This document shows, piece by piece, positions 1-8,111 of a stretch of 32,000 nt of DNA. The stretch lies in NCBI GenBank assembly GCA_964354495.1, contig CAYHAA010000011.1, positions 1 through 32,000 of the forward strand. The letters run 5' to 3'. Source of the DNA: an uncultured archaeon. Lineage in GTDB: Archaea > Asgardarchaeota > Thorarchaeia > Thorarchaeales > Thorarchaeaceae. A model generated the notes under the pieces. That model did not search any database, had not been told where the DNA came from, and saw nothing but the letters and a program-made list of their open reading frames with translations. A program made the position numbers and the translations under genes. Numbering within the stretch: the first letter of the stretch is position 1; each line of letters opens with the position of its first letter.

Positions 1-175
1 CAACAGAATGGTCAATATCGTGGTCTACATCATGTTCAACCTCATGAGCGTGCTCAGTAAATGCAGAAAACACTCTCCCCAGGAAAAACATGCCAAAAGT
101 GTAGAATAGACCTGCAATCAAGACACCGAATGAAATCTCTCTCAACAGAGACGCAAGTGCCACAAGATCCTGCAT
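1..175 (-). CDS. Partial CDS running off the left edge: membrane protein with a His/Asp-rich loop, NfeD/YuaF-like (SPFH/flotillin partner)
   Basis: Absent from the ORF track. Manual translation from ATG at 175 gives MQDLVALASLLREISFGVLIAGLFYTFGMFFLGRVFSAFTEHAHEVEHDVDHDIDHSV..., open to the edge: one hydrophobic helix followed by HDxD repeats. Confidence 0.6.
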   Translation of the reverse strand, partial: MQDLVALASLLREISFGVLIAGLFYTFGMFFLGRVFSAFTEHAHEVEHDVDHDIDHSV

Positions 176-345
176 AGCAATCGACCACTCAGTATGCTGG
201 AAGGTGAGCCAAGCATCCAGATACTTGCGTAATTATACTCGTGAAACCAAATAAACCTGAGCGGGTGTTTGTAACACAGGCGGATCAGAAGCTCAGTGGC
301 GAATACCATCCTTTTTCCGCGCGCCAATCTCAAAGACCCAGAATT

Positions 346-2193
346 CTAGTTTGCGATATCACTATACACATTATTCGATTTGAGTGACCTACCTTTCGGG
401 TTTTGATTACTCCTCTTCATCATCTTGCCTTTCAAAGATGAAGACCCTATTTGAAAAGCTAGGAACAGGACTAGAGGTAGAAAGATCATGTATGCCATGT
501 AGAAATAACTGTACCAATGATAGAAAGCTATCCACATTATGTATTCTGCACCTGAAAAAACAGTTATCGCAAGGACAAGGAGAACACCTGATTGTTCTAT
601 TAGTCCAACAGCTCTCTTCTTCCATATAGGTCTAAATTCAAGGATATCGCCAAGGATACGAATAATCAGTGCTGTGGCTGCAAGGGGCATTGCAACGATT
701 TGCATCCATGCCAATATGATGCCCCATCGTGCCCCCAATTGTCGCTGGTAATTTATGATGTTGTCCATAACGTTATTGTCGATTCCATTGACGAGAATGA
801 TCGTGAGAATGATGATCAAAAAGACTGAGCTAACTATTGCATCAATTAATGCTTCTACTCGTGTTCGTTGTCCAAAAATCATCTTTGAGTCCAGCCTCTT
901 TATCATTAACCTTCGATAGGGAAAATAGAAAACGAATAGAACTCCAGCAATAGCTATCCCAAATATGAGCAAACCAATCCAATTGTAAAACTCCGAGGAC
1001 CGAAAACTAAAAGACGCATTATCGAAAGTGACATAGATCTGGGGTAGGTTATATACAACGATCCAACCAACCGTTTTTGCATACAGCCTCCCCATAGTGC
1101 TGGGCAAACGCGCTAGTAGCTCTGCCTTATCCGCGCTGGATTCTTCTTTCTCTCTCGCAGGGATTGTTTTGGGCTCATCTTGAGTCTTCCACCACAAATT
1201 CTGAGTGCCTGTTACAATATTAAAAAGCAATATTGAGCCATAACCCAGAATGAAGAGTAGAAGGACTGGACTGAGATGCGCTAGGATAGAGAAAGAATAC
1301 CACGAATAGTGGAATATCCAAAAGGCGGATGCATTTAGTCCTACGATCAATGCTAGATTGATAGCAAATTGCTTTCGAGAATTCCTGATAGGATCTCTAT
1401 CATCTCTGAATGTCACAGCTCGATAATATATTCTGGCTCCCAGTAGAATGCAAACTGGAACTCCCCAAAACATGAGGAAGAAGGGGCTGTTTCCAAGGAG
1501 TGATGCAATAAGAAATAGAACGATACCAACAAATGAGGTCAGAGCATCGAGCCTTAGTATATTGATACCTGCTTCCGGAATCGAATTTTCGGGTAGTGTT
1601 ACAAAATTCTGAAGAGAGGACCATTCTCGATAAGCTCTCCGCCAGAGTCTCGTCTTATTCCACTTCAAGTTGAGTGATCGAAGGAATAGCGCACATGTTA
1701 CTAATGCTGCCTGAGAGATAGGGATCAAAAGTGTCCAGAGAGGTATGCCAATAGGACCTACGATTTGCGTAAATAACGATGCAATCAGTATCCAAAACCA
1801 CGATTGAATGCTTGTCACTAGAAAGAATGAGAAATAACTCACTGTACGGTCCTCATGAGAGATTGGAGTAAGTTGTCGCCGTGCTTGCTGCACTGGTTCT
1901 TGCTGGGCAATTCGCTGTGACTCTGGCATGATCTCTGATGGAATTATCTCTTTGGGGATAGTCTCGGGGAGCATCGAGTATTTGTATTCATTTGCAACCT
2001 CACCGGGCGCTCCAAATTGAGCCACCACTTTCTTTGCTGATTGGGCGGTAATCTCCCCATCACCTTGATCTCTGGCAGATTCATGCATATACGATCGCAA
2101 TTCGCTAATTACATCATCAGCAATTGAATCTGGCAACTTCTCTCTGACCAAAACAAGGTATTCTTCTATGATTATTTCTCCCTCATTATTCAT
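346..2193 (-). CDS. HAAS-domain multi-pass membrane protein (PadR-associated sensor-like)
   Basis: N-terminal IEEYLVLVREKL...DVISELRSYMHE...VAQFGAPGEVANEY fits the HAAS/DUF1700 pattern, followed by many TM helices. Start moved to ATG 2193, which forms an ATGA overlap with the PadR stop. Confidence 0.8.
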   Translation of the reverse strand: MNNEGEIIIEEYLVLVREKLPDSIADDVISELRSYMHESARDQGDGEITAQSAKKVVAQFGAPGEVANEYKYSMLPETIPKEIIPSEIMPESQRIAQQEPVQQARRQLTPISHEDRTVSYFSFFLVTSIQSWFWILIASLFTQIVGPIGIPLWTLLIPISQAALVTCALFLRSLNLKWNKTRLWRRAYREWSSLQNFVTLPENSIPEAGINILRLDALTSFVGIVLFLIASLLGNSPFFLMFWGVPVCILLGARIYYRAVTFRDDRDPIRNSRKQFAINLALIVGLNASAFWIFHYSWYSFSILAHLSPVLLLFILGYGSILLFNIVTGTQNLWWKTQDEPKTIPAREKEESSADKAELLARLPSTMGRLYAKTVGWIVVYNLPQIYVTFDNASFSFRSSEFYNWIGLLIFGIAIAGVLFVFYFPYRRLMIKRLDSKMIFGQRTRVEALIDAIVSSVFLIIILTIILVNGIDNNVMDNIINYQRQLGARWGIILAWMQIVAMPLAATALIIRILGDILEFRPIWKKRAVGLIEQSGVLLVLAITVFSGAEYIMWIAFYHWYSYFYMAYMIFLPLVLFLAFQIGSSSLKGKMMKRSNQNPKGRSLKSNNVYSDIAN

Positions 2194-2567
2194 TTGAGAC
2201 CCGCCTCCATGAAGAGTTGTGCCAGTTGGTCGTTCAAGCTTTGCCATGATTTGACCATCCTTCTTAGTATTCTCCTACCATCCCTTGTCACAAAATAGAG
2301 CCTGCGCCTCTTTCCCGATGCATCTGACCATCGGCCTTCCAGAATGCCTCTCTTCTCCAGGCGTCTCAGGAGTGGATATGTCGTACTTGGCTCTACCTGC
2401 AGACTCTCATAGGGCTCTTGACTCAGCTTCTTCATGATGTCGTAGCCATATGACTCGCCTTCAAGAATGATGGTAAGGATTGCTAGAGAAAGGGCACCCC
2501 TCCTGATTTCAAGTGACCAGTGTTCATATTCTCCTTCTGGATCCGTCTTTAGTTCTTCATCAGCCAT
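2190..2567 (-). CDS. PadR family transcriptional regulator
   Basis: RRGALSLAILTII...SYGYDIMKKL...TTYPLLRRLEKRGIL...RRRLYFVTRDGR is a canonical PadR winged HTH. Confidence 0.93.
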   Translation of the reverse strand: MADEELKTDPEGEYEHWSLEIRRGALSLAILTIILEGESYGYDIMKKLSQEPYESLQVEPSTTYPLLRRLEKRGILEGRWSDASGKRRRLYFVTRDGRRILRRMVKSWQSLNDQLAQLFMEAGLK

Positions 2568-2598
2568 GAGTCCCCTTCCCCAGCAGAGGCATGTGGAC

Positions 2599-2634
2599 TA
2601 GTATGTATAACGATATAGTATGTGGCACGATATA
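2599..2634. promoter_or_regulatory. Imperfect 17-bp tandem direct repeat in the divergent promoter region; candidate operator
   Basis: TAGTATGTATAACGATA (2599-2615) and TAGTATGTGGCACGATA (2616-2632), 14/17 identical, about 30 nt upstream of the padR start. Confidence 0.45.
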
Positions 2635-2717
2635 TCATTTGTGGTTTTCTCCTTTTTCGACATCCCCGAAACATCTTAATATGGCGCAATAACAATTCGC
2701 CCTCTAGGGTGTTTGCA

Positions 2718-3110
2718 TTGAGTATCATTCAACATATCGCTTCGCTCCTCGATGAGATTGAAATCAAGTACGAAAAAGAAGAGAGTGCCCTGCTAATGCA
2801 TTGGAAGACCGAGCATTTTGAAGACCTGAAGATCAAGATCATCTCGAATAAGGACGAATCATGGGCCTACATAGTGGCACCGTTCACCAACTTCTATCAA
2901 GTCGAGGAAACCAAGAGAATGAAACTTGCATATGACATGCTCAAAGAGTCATGGAATGCCAATGGCGTGAAATACGCCATTGATGACGATGACGATATAA
3001 TTGTCATTGCAGAAACAAATGACACCGATTTGACCGGCGAAGAAATCAAGGTTCTTGTGGGTCATGTGGTCCATGCATGTGATACTCTCTGGAAAATCTA
3101 CCCTAGTTAG
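2718..3110 (+). CDS. YbjN / CesT-type (T3SS-chaperone fold) domain protein
   Basis: Acidic protein of about 130 aa with the YbjN-like pattern LLDEIEIKY...WAYIVAPF...NANGVKYAIDDDDDIIVIAE. TTG 2718 is the likely start; the upstream extension in the track looks non-coding. Confidence 0.6.
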   Translation: MSIIQHIASLLDEIEIKYEKEESALLMHWKTEHFEDLKIKIISNKDESWAYIVAPFTNFYQVEETKRMKLAYDMLKESWNANGVKYAIDDDDDIIVIAETNDTDLTGEEIKVLVGHVVHACDTLWKIYPS

Positions 3111-3220
3111 GATGGCCGCGTGAATCTGTCGCTCCGACCTGATGTCTAAACACCTCGAACACGGTCTCCATATTCGTTACTTTGATAAGCTCCCTTCTCT
3201 GCGTAGACATGGTGTTGGAC

Positions 3221-3763
3221 ATGAGTGCTGCGAACCCAGAGCCAAGATTCCCGCCAGAGAAGCGAGAAAGGCTTGTTCTGATACTTCACCCGCAGCGCGC
3301 CTCGTCCATTTTCTACTACGTTTTCAGTGTGGCTCTCTTTATTGTTGGCCTCATCTTTATGGTTCTGACATCCTACGGAACAATCTCAAGTGATGTTCTC
3401 TCGTGGTCGCTCAGTTCAGCTGCTATGATTTTTGGTGTCTTCCTCTTCATTGGAGCCGAGAGCAGACACCTCTTCACTCTATACATCATCACCACCTGGA
3501 ATGTCCGGGTTCGAAGAGGAATTATCCGACGCCGGACCACTCGTGTCTTTTATGATGAAATTGTCGAATGTCGGGCGACTAGTGGCCCCGAAGAAAAGAG
3601 AGTTGGAATGGGAGAAGTAGAAATCCACACAGCTGCTGACAAAGATGGTCCAGCACTAGTTTTCGATGAAGTGCACAATCCCGATGGTGTAAAAGAGATA
3701 ATCTCGAGGTTCATGCAGACTATCCCAACTCCTTTGCCTTGGAAACACCTAGAGAGAACCTAG
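3221..3763 (+). CDS. Membrane protein with a bacterial PH domain (bPH_2, YdbS-like)
   Basis: Two TM helices, then YIITTWNVRVRRGIIRRRTTRVFYDEIVEC...GMGEVEIHTA, typical of bPH_2. GGTG RBS precedes ATG 3221. Confidence 0.75.
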   Translation: MSAANPEPRFPPEKRERLVLILHPQRASSIFYYVFSVALFIVGLIFMVLTSYGTISSDVLSWSLSSAAMIFGVFLFIGAESRHLFTLYIITTWNVRVRRGIIRRRTTRVFYDEIVECRATSGPEEKRVGMGEVEIHTAADKDGPALVFDEVHNPDGVKEIISRFMQTIPTPLPWKHLERT

Positions 3764-3881
3764 AAAACAACGGGCGCTCCTACTTTGAGCCATGTCGAGA
3801 GGCCTTCGATTGCTCCTCGGGACAAATCTATAAAGATATGTACTCATAATCATCAATGACTAAACAAGAAAGAGGTCGGAG

Positions 3882-4610
3882 ATGCGGATGGTGGCTAGAT
3901 TCACCATTAGGTACATAGATTCGGATGGCGAAAGATATCAGGTCGAGAAAGATGACTATCACCCCGAAATCGACCTATCCGACCTTGCAATAGAATCGTT
4001 GAGTCTCGAGCCCGTTGGTCAATCTCCCCGTCTTGAGAAACTGACCCTGAACACGAACCACATCACGAACATCGACTTGGCGCCGCTCTCTACCTGCTAC
4101 CGGCTGAAGATGCTCAGCATATCGTCGAATCGGCTCAATACCATTGATTTGCAGCCTCTGAGCAGGTGCAAGGAACTTGAGGCGCTCGAGCTCTCTGATA
4201 ATCTTCTGGAGAAGATTGATCTCTCACCTCTGAGTGACTGCAGGAACCTGAAGTGGCTATACATAGCGGATAACCGACTTCAGGAGATTGATCTCACACC
4301 TCTCAATGGTCACTCCAAGCTACAGTATCTCGTGTTGTCAGGCAACAAACTCTCGAGCATTGATCTATCTCCACTGCAAAACTCCCCCGACTTGCGGTAT
4401 CTACATTTGAACGAGAACTCACTCAAATTCGTGGACATATCAGTGCTATTCCAATGCGAGCAGCTCGAATCACTGGTTATCGACAGTGACGTGTCTATAA
4501 TTGCCAACCACAAATTGAGGCACCTCTCCTGTTTTCCTGAGCCAATTAGTGAGATACTCGACAACATAGATTGGCTCCATGAATCAAGTGAGAGGTACAA
4601 GACAACATAG
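3882..4610 (+). CDS. Leucine-rich repeat protein (six full 24-aa repeats plus caps)
   Basis: Repeats of LxxLxLxxNxLxxIDLxPLxxCxx. Confidence 0.92.
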   Translation: MRMVARFTIRYIDSDGERYQVEKDDYHPEIDLSDLAIESLSLEPVGQSPRLEKLTLNTNHITNIDLAPLSTCYRLKMLSISSNRLNTIDLQPLSRCKELEALELSDNLLEKIDLSPLSDCRNLKWLYIADNRLQEIDLTPLNGHSKLQYLVLSGNKLSSIDLSPLQNSPDLRYLHLNENSLKFVDISVLFQCEQLESLVIDSDVSIIANHKLRHLSCFPEPISEILDNIDWLHESSERYKTT

Positions 4611-4652
4611 ATAGTTCTATATTACCAGCATTGAACAAGACGCCTAGTCAAC

Positions 4653-4753
4653 GACTTACATGTGGTTCGGCGGACTCCGCAGGATCGCCAGTAAGTCCGC
4701 GAGAACTCTCCTGCGGCAACGAGCAACATCCTAAGGTTGGGTGATGACCTAGG
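4653..4753 (+). promoter_or_regulatory. Candidate structured 5' leader (pseudoknot / alternative pairings) upstream of the second LRR gene
   Basis: Perfect complementarities 4670-4676/4694-4700, 4677-4684/4709-4716 and 4653-4659/4691-4697. A bulged hairpin at 4730-4753 encloses the GGTGA RBS. Confidence 0.35.
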
Positions 4754-5592
4754 TGACAGACATCCACATCGATTACAGGATTGAGAATGGAATAGAACTC
4801 TATATGCAAGTGGATTCGTCTGTCGGAGTGCTAGACATGAGCGGTCGAAATATCGTGGAAGTAGACCTGAGCCCATTATCCGACTGTAGTAACCTTCGAG
4901 AGCTGGACCTTACAGGCAACTGGCTCCCCTCTCTCGATTTGGAGCCCCTCGGGGAATGCTATAGTCTTGAGCGACTTCGCCTAGGTTCCAATCTTCTTAC
5001 GTCAATCTTGCTTTATCCTCTATCACAGTGCACGAACCTAGTATCGCTCTCGCTTGCAATAAACAAGATAGACCGCCTTGATCTCGGTCCATTGGCAAAA
5101 TGCCTACAGCTTGAGGAACTAAATCTGCAATCGAACGTTCTCCATCAGATTGATCTCTCTCCTCTCAGCTCCAATTTCCTATTGCGATTCCTCAGAGTCG
5201 ACAGTAATGAGATTCTGACTATCGACCTTGACCCGTTGAGCCATTGCTCGCATCTTCAGGAGCTTTTCCTTGAGAAGAATCAGATTGGCAGTCTGAATCT
5301 CTGGCCGCTTAACAAATGCAAGAATCTTGAAGGTCTTTGGCTAAGAGAGGCGGGAGTTCATAGTATCGATTTGTTGCCTCTCAGAGGGTGTGAAAACCTT
5401 CTTTGGTTGGACTTGAGTGAGAACCAGCTGAAGACAGTCGATATCAGTCCACTCTACTATTGCAGCGACCTCGAGTCGTTCATGATTGACGAAGAAGTGC
5501 CTTTGGTGGCCGAAGCTGCCCTACAGGCTAAGGAGTGGAATCCCGCCGTCGCAGCTGTTCATTCAAGGGTCTTCTGGATAGGTGCTCAGTAG
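4753..5592 (+). CDS. Leucine-rich repeat protein (eight full 24-aa repeats plus caps)
   Basis: Same 24-aa LRR consensus as the upstream paralog; GTG start after GGGTGAT RBS. Confidence 0.92.
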   Translation: MTDIHIDYRIENGIELYMQVDSSVGVLDMSGRNIVEVDLSPLSDCSNLRELDLTGNWLPSLDLEPLGECYSLERLRLGSNLLTSILLYPLSQCTNLVSLSLAINKIDRLDLGPLAKCLQLEELNLQSNVLHQIDLSPLSSNFLLRFLRVDSNEILTIDLDPLSHCSHLQELFLEKNQIGSLNLWPLNKCKNLEGLWLREAGVHSIDLLPLRGCENLLWLDLSENQLKTVDISPLYYCSDLESFMIDEEVPLVAEAALQAKEWNPAVAAVHSRVFWIGAQ

Positions 5593-5654
5593 GTCATATC
5601 TCGGTGACACTAGCTCTAATCTTGCTACTCTGCTGCATACAATTCGTGAGTTCA

Positions 5655-6317
5655 ATGACGAGTCCGGATGAGATTGCTGCAAGAACAACACTCCGAATAG
5701 CAGGTGTGTTCCAGGAGATTCGAGATAGCTGGATTCGGAGGCTTGATTCGTACTACAATCAGATTGAGTCGCTACTGGAAGGCCAGTGGTTTGACTCACA
5801 AGACATAACTGGCATAATTCGCGAGTCACGGCTGGCATCCAGAGAGGCTATTGACGGACTTGGAAATGATCTAAGCTCAGAACTTATTCATGCTTCAAAT
5901 GGGATTATCACACGCTACGAAGCAGAGAGAGCATCGCTTCAGGAGGAGATTAATGACATTCGTAGTTCCTTGACCCGCGCTCTCTCTGGCGACGCAAATG
6001 ACATCCGGCGTGAAAATGAAGCCCTTCGTTTTGCACTTACCTCTGTTCCTGAGTATGGCCTTCTGGAAGTCATTCGCAAGAACCGTCGTTCGTCATATGA
6101 CCAACTTGCAGATGAGACCGGGATGAGCAAGGCAAGACTGAGGAAGCTCGTGGGCGAGCTGATTCCTCGAGGCTATGTGGCGTTGGACAAAAAGACCAAA
6201 CCACACTCCATCATCTTTCTCTCCTCGCCCTGGTCTGGACGTCAACCTGAGATTCAAGACACCCTAGATGTAGAACCTGAGCGCTGCAAATTGCAGAGTC
6301 CACTACCTCATCCTTAG
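5655..6317 (+). CDS. Helical/coiled-coil protein with a C-terminal winged helix-turn-helix
   Basis: Heptad-like YEAERASLQEEINDIRSSL...IRRENEALR, then LLEVIRKNRRSSYDQLADETGMSKARLRKLVGELIPRGYV. ATG 5655 preferred over the overlapping track start. Confidence 0.65.
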   Translation: MTSPDEIAARTTLRIAGVFQEIRDSWIRRLDSYYNQIESLLEGQWFDSQDITGIIRESRLASREAIDGLGNDLSSELIHASNGIITRYEAERASLQEEINDIRSSLTRALSGDANDIRRENEALRFALTSVPEYGLLEVIRKNRRSSYDQLADETGMSKARLRKLVGELIPRGYVALDKKTKPHSIIFLSSPWSGRQPEIQDTLDVEPERCKLQSPLPHP

Positions 6318-6407
6318 AGAATCTGCTGAGTTTCAGAATTCGCCTGTATCCATAATCCGACGCTTCTCATATCGATCTACAGAATGGTCACCAAAAGAAT
6401 TCATGGA

Positions 6408-7163
6408 CTAACGGAATAGGTTCTCAGATTGCTTCCGGAGGATTTGGCAAGCAGATCCTTCGCCCTCGTCAAATGCTGCCCCACGTATGATAACTGCAGG
6501 AACACCCTCACTTGATTGCCCCATGACGAGCTCTGATGCAGCCGCCAGTTGATCAGCCAAGCAGACAAGTGAAGACCTTAGTGCACGGCCGTGTAGGTCC
6601 GTCTTTCCTGCATTCTCAACAAACGGAGACATGCCGGCCAACCCAATGGCTAGATTCACCGCACCCTTGCGCCAAGGCCTTCCCTGCGTGTCAGTCACAA
6701 TTATTGGGACATCGAAACCATACCTACTCGATATCTCATCATGAATACGTTTCGCTGAGACATCAGGGTCTTTGGGTAATGCAATGATTGAGCCAAGAGG
6801 AGCATTGCTCTCATCCACCCCCGAGAAATCAGTGATGATACCTTGCTTGGTTCTTGTAACAAGAATCGGATGATCACGAATAACTTCATCAGCCTCCCTG
6901 AGAGCTGCCTCCACACTGCTTGGCGAATGTCCTGTCCGTTCGGCAATCAGAGTTGCCTGTGGTGATATCTCAATTTCACTCGAATTGTACAGACTCCCCT
7001 CTGCAATCGATATCATCGAATGCGTTACGACTACTATGTCCCCTGCTTCTAGTTGAATACCGTTTCTCCTTATCGCATTCATGAGCAAACCAGCTACATC
7101 ATCTCCTTTCTTGACAAGCGGTATTCCGTGTAGCGGTATCAATTCAATCCTGCTTTTCATCAT
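6408..7163 (-). CDS. cofE: Coenzyme F420-0:L-glutamate ligase
   Basis: GIPLVKKGDD, GDIVVVTHSMISIAEG, SGVDESN, LPKDPDVSA, DTQGRPWRKGAVNLAIG, DQLAAASELVMGQSSEGVPAVIIRG. Confidence 0.95.
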   Translation of the reverse strand: MMKSRIELIPLHGIPLVKKGDDVAGLLMNAIRRNGIQLEAGDIVVVTHSMISIAEGSLYNSSEIEISPQATLIAERTGHSPSSVEAALREADEVIRDHPILVTRTKQGIITDFSGVDESNAPLGSIIALPKDPDVSAKRIHDEISSRYGFDVPIIVTDTQGRPWRKGAVNLAIGLAGMSPFVENAGKTDLHGRALRSSLVCLADQLAAASELVMGQSSEGVPAVIIRGAAFDEGEGSACQILRKQSENLFR

Positions 7164-7806
7164 CCGAAGCGTCGATTTCCTCTGTTGATATCTCTTCGTA
7201 TTTCATGGAGCTCTTGGGTCTGAACTCTCCGAGGCCTGCTTCAATCTTGAGTTCCTTGGGTATCAGTTGGTAGAGAATGAAGCCTCCGACAATGTTGATA
7301 ATGGCCTGAATAACGTTCCAGGGAACAAGGACTGTTGATGCAATGATCGCTGCTTCTGGCGTGTAGAACGCTGGATAGAAAACGGGTAGGAATTGAATGT
7401 TAAAGAAATACATGCCTATTGCTCTGAAGACTGCTCCAAAGCACACGTACAACATGATACTTGCCCACCTGCCAAGTGACATTTTCTTAACAATGACTCT
7501 AGCTAAAAGAATCCCGAAGATTGTGAGTAGCTCTGCAGCTCCTTTGAAAACTGCTCCAGTGAAGTTGCGATAGCCTATGGCAATAAACATGACAGATATC
7601 GACAAAACACTTGAAACCGCTCCGAGCCCCAGAAACACTATCACAATGGGGATGCCTGTCCAATCCAGTGTGAATGGGGTTCCCCCTGGAAAGAACTTCA
7701 GATCAGTGATGCCAACTATAGGGAATACTTCCAGCATAGCGACCATGGCACTGAAGACTGCTAGAAGCGCAATACTCTTGGAATCTGTTCTGAGATTGAT
7801 TTTCAC
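7144..7806 (-). CDS. ECF transporter S component (RibU-like)
   Basis: About six TM helices; IALLAVFSAM start and FTLDWTGIPIVIVFLGLG resemble ECF S components. Overlaps the cofE start. Confidence 0.75.
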   Translation of the reverse strand: MKINLRTDSKSIALLAVFSAMVAMLEVFPIVGITDLKFFPGGTPFTLDWTGIPIVIVFLGLGAVSSVLSISVMFIAIGYRNFTGAVFKGAAELLTIFGILLARVIVKKMSLGRWASIMLYVCFGAVFRAIGMYFFNIQFLPVFYPAFYTPEAAIIASTVLVPWNVIQAIINIVGGFILYQLIPKELKIEAGLGEFRPKSSMKYEEISTEEIDASDDEKQD

Positions 7807-8111
7807 TCATTTCTCATCTCTTGACAGCCACATAATTGGCAAACGCTTCCAAACTAGGAGATAGAATGGCTAGTACAAGTGACCTGTTTAAAAGCTATTC
7901 CGTGTTCTTGTAAGGCTGGACAAATAGACGAGGGGTATCTCATCTTCTCTATGAGCGAGAATCGACCTTGGTGCTGGCAAGGCAGTTGCACTGAACATTA
8001 TCTGCACTTATTCTCGTCCTTTCGCGGTCACTAGTGCTATTATCGATTGAATACGGATGAAATGAATTCATATTGCTTTGTGCGCACTCTGAATCCAAGG
8101 TGAGCATGTGC

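Noticed and set aside
2194-2247. N-terminal extension of the HAAS protein in the ORF track
   Set aside because: It lies inside padR; ATG 2193 with an ATGA overlap is the more parsimonious start.
4664-4716. GGTTCG suggesting a tRNA T-loop; possible HDV-like/theta ribozyme or ZTP riboswitch
   Set aside because: No cloverleaf or acceptor stem. No P3/L3 or J4/2 catalytic-C arrangement on either strand, and no downstream CGCC-containing P3 for ZTP. Kept only as a generic structured-RNA candidate.
4608-4755. Stop-codon readthrough or frameshift fusing the two LRR genes
   Set aside because: A further in-frame stop follows within 8 codons, and LRR2 has its own RBS and N-terminal cap.
7807-7900. Vitamin riboswitch upstream of the ECF S component
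   Set aside because: No FMN, TPP or cobalamin consensus seen, and the apparent leader is short.
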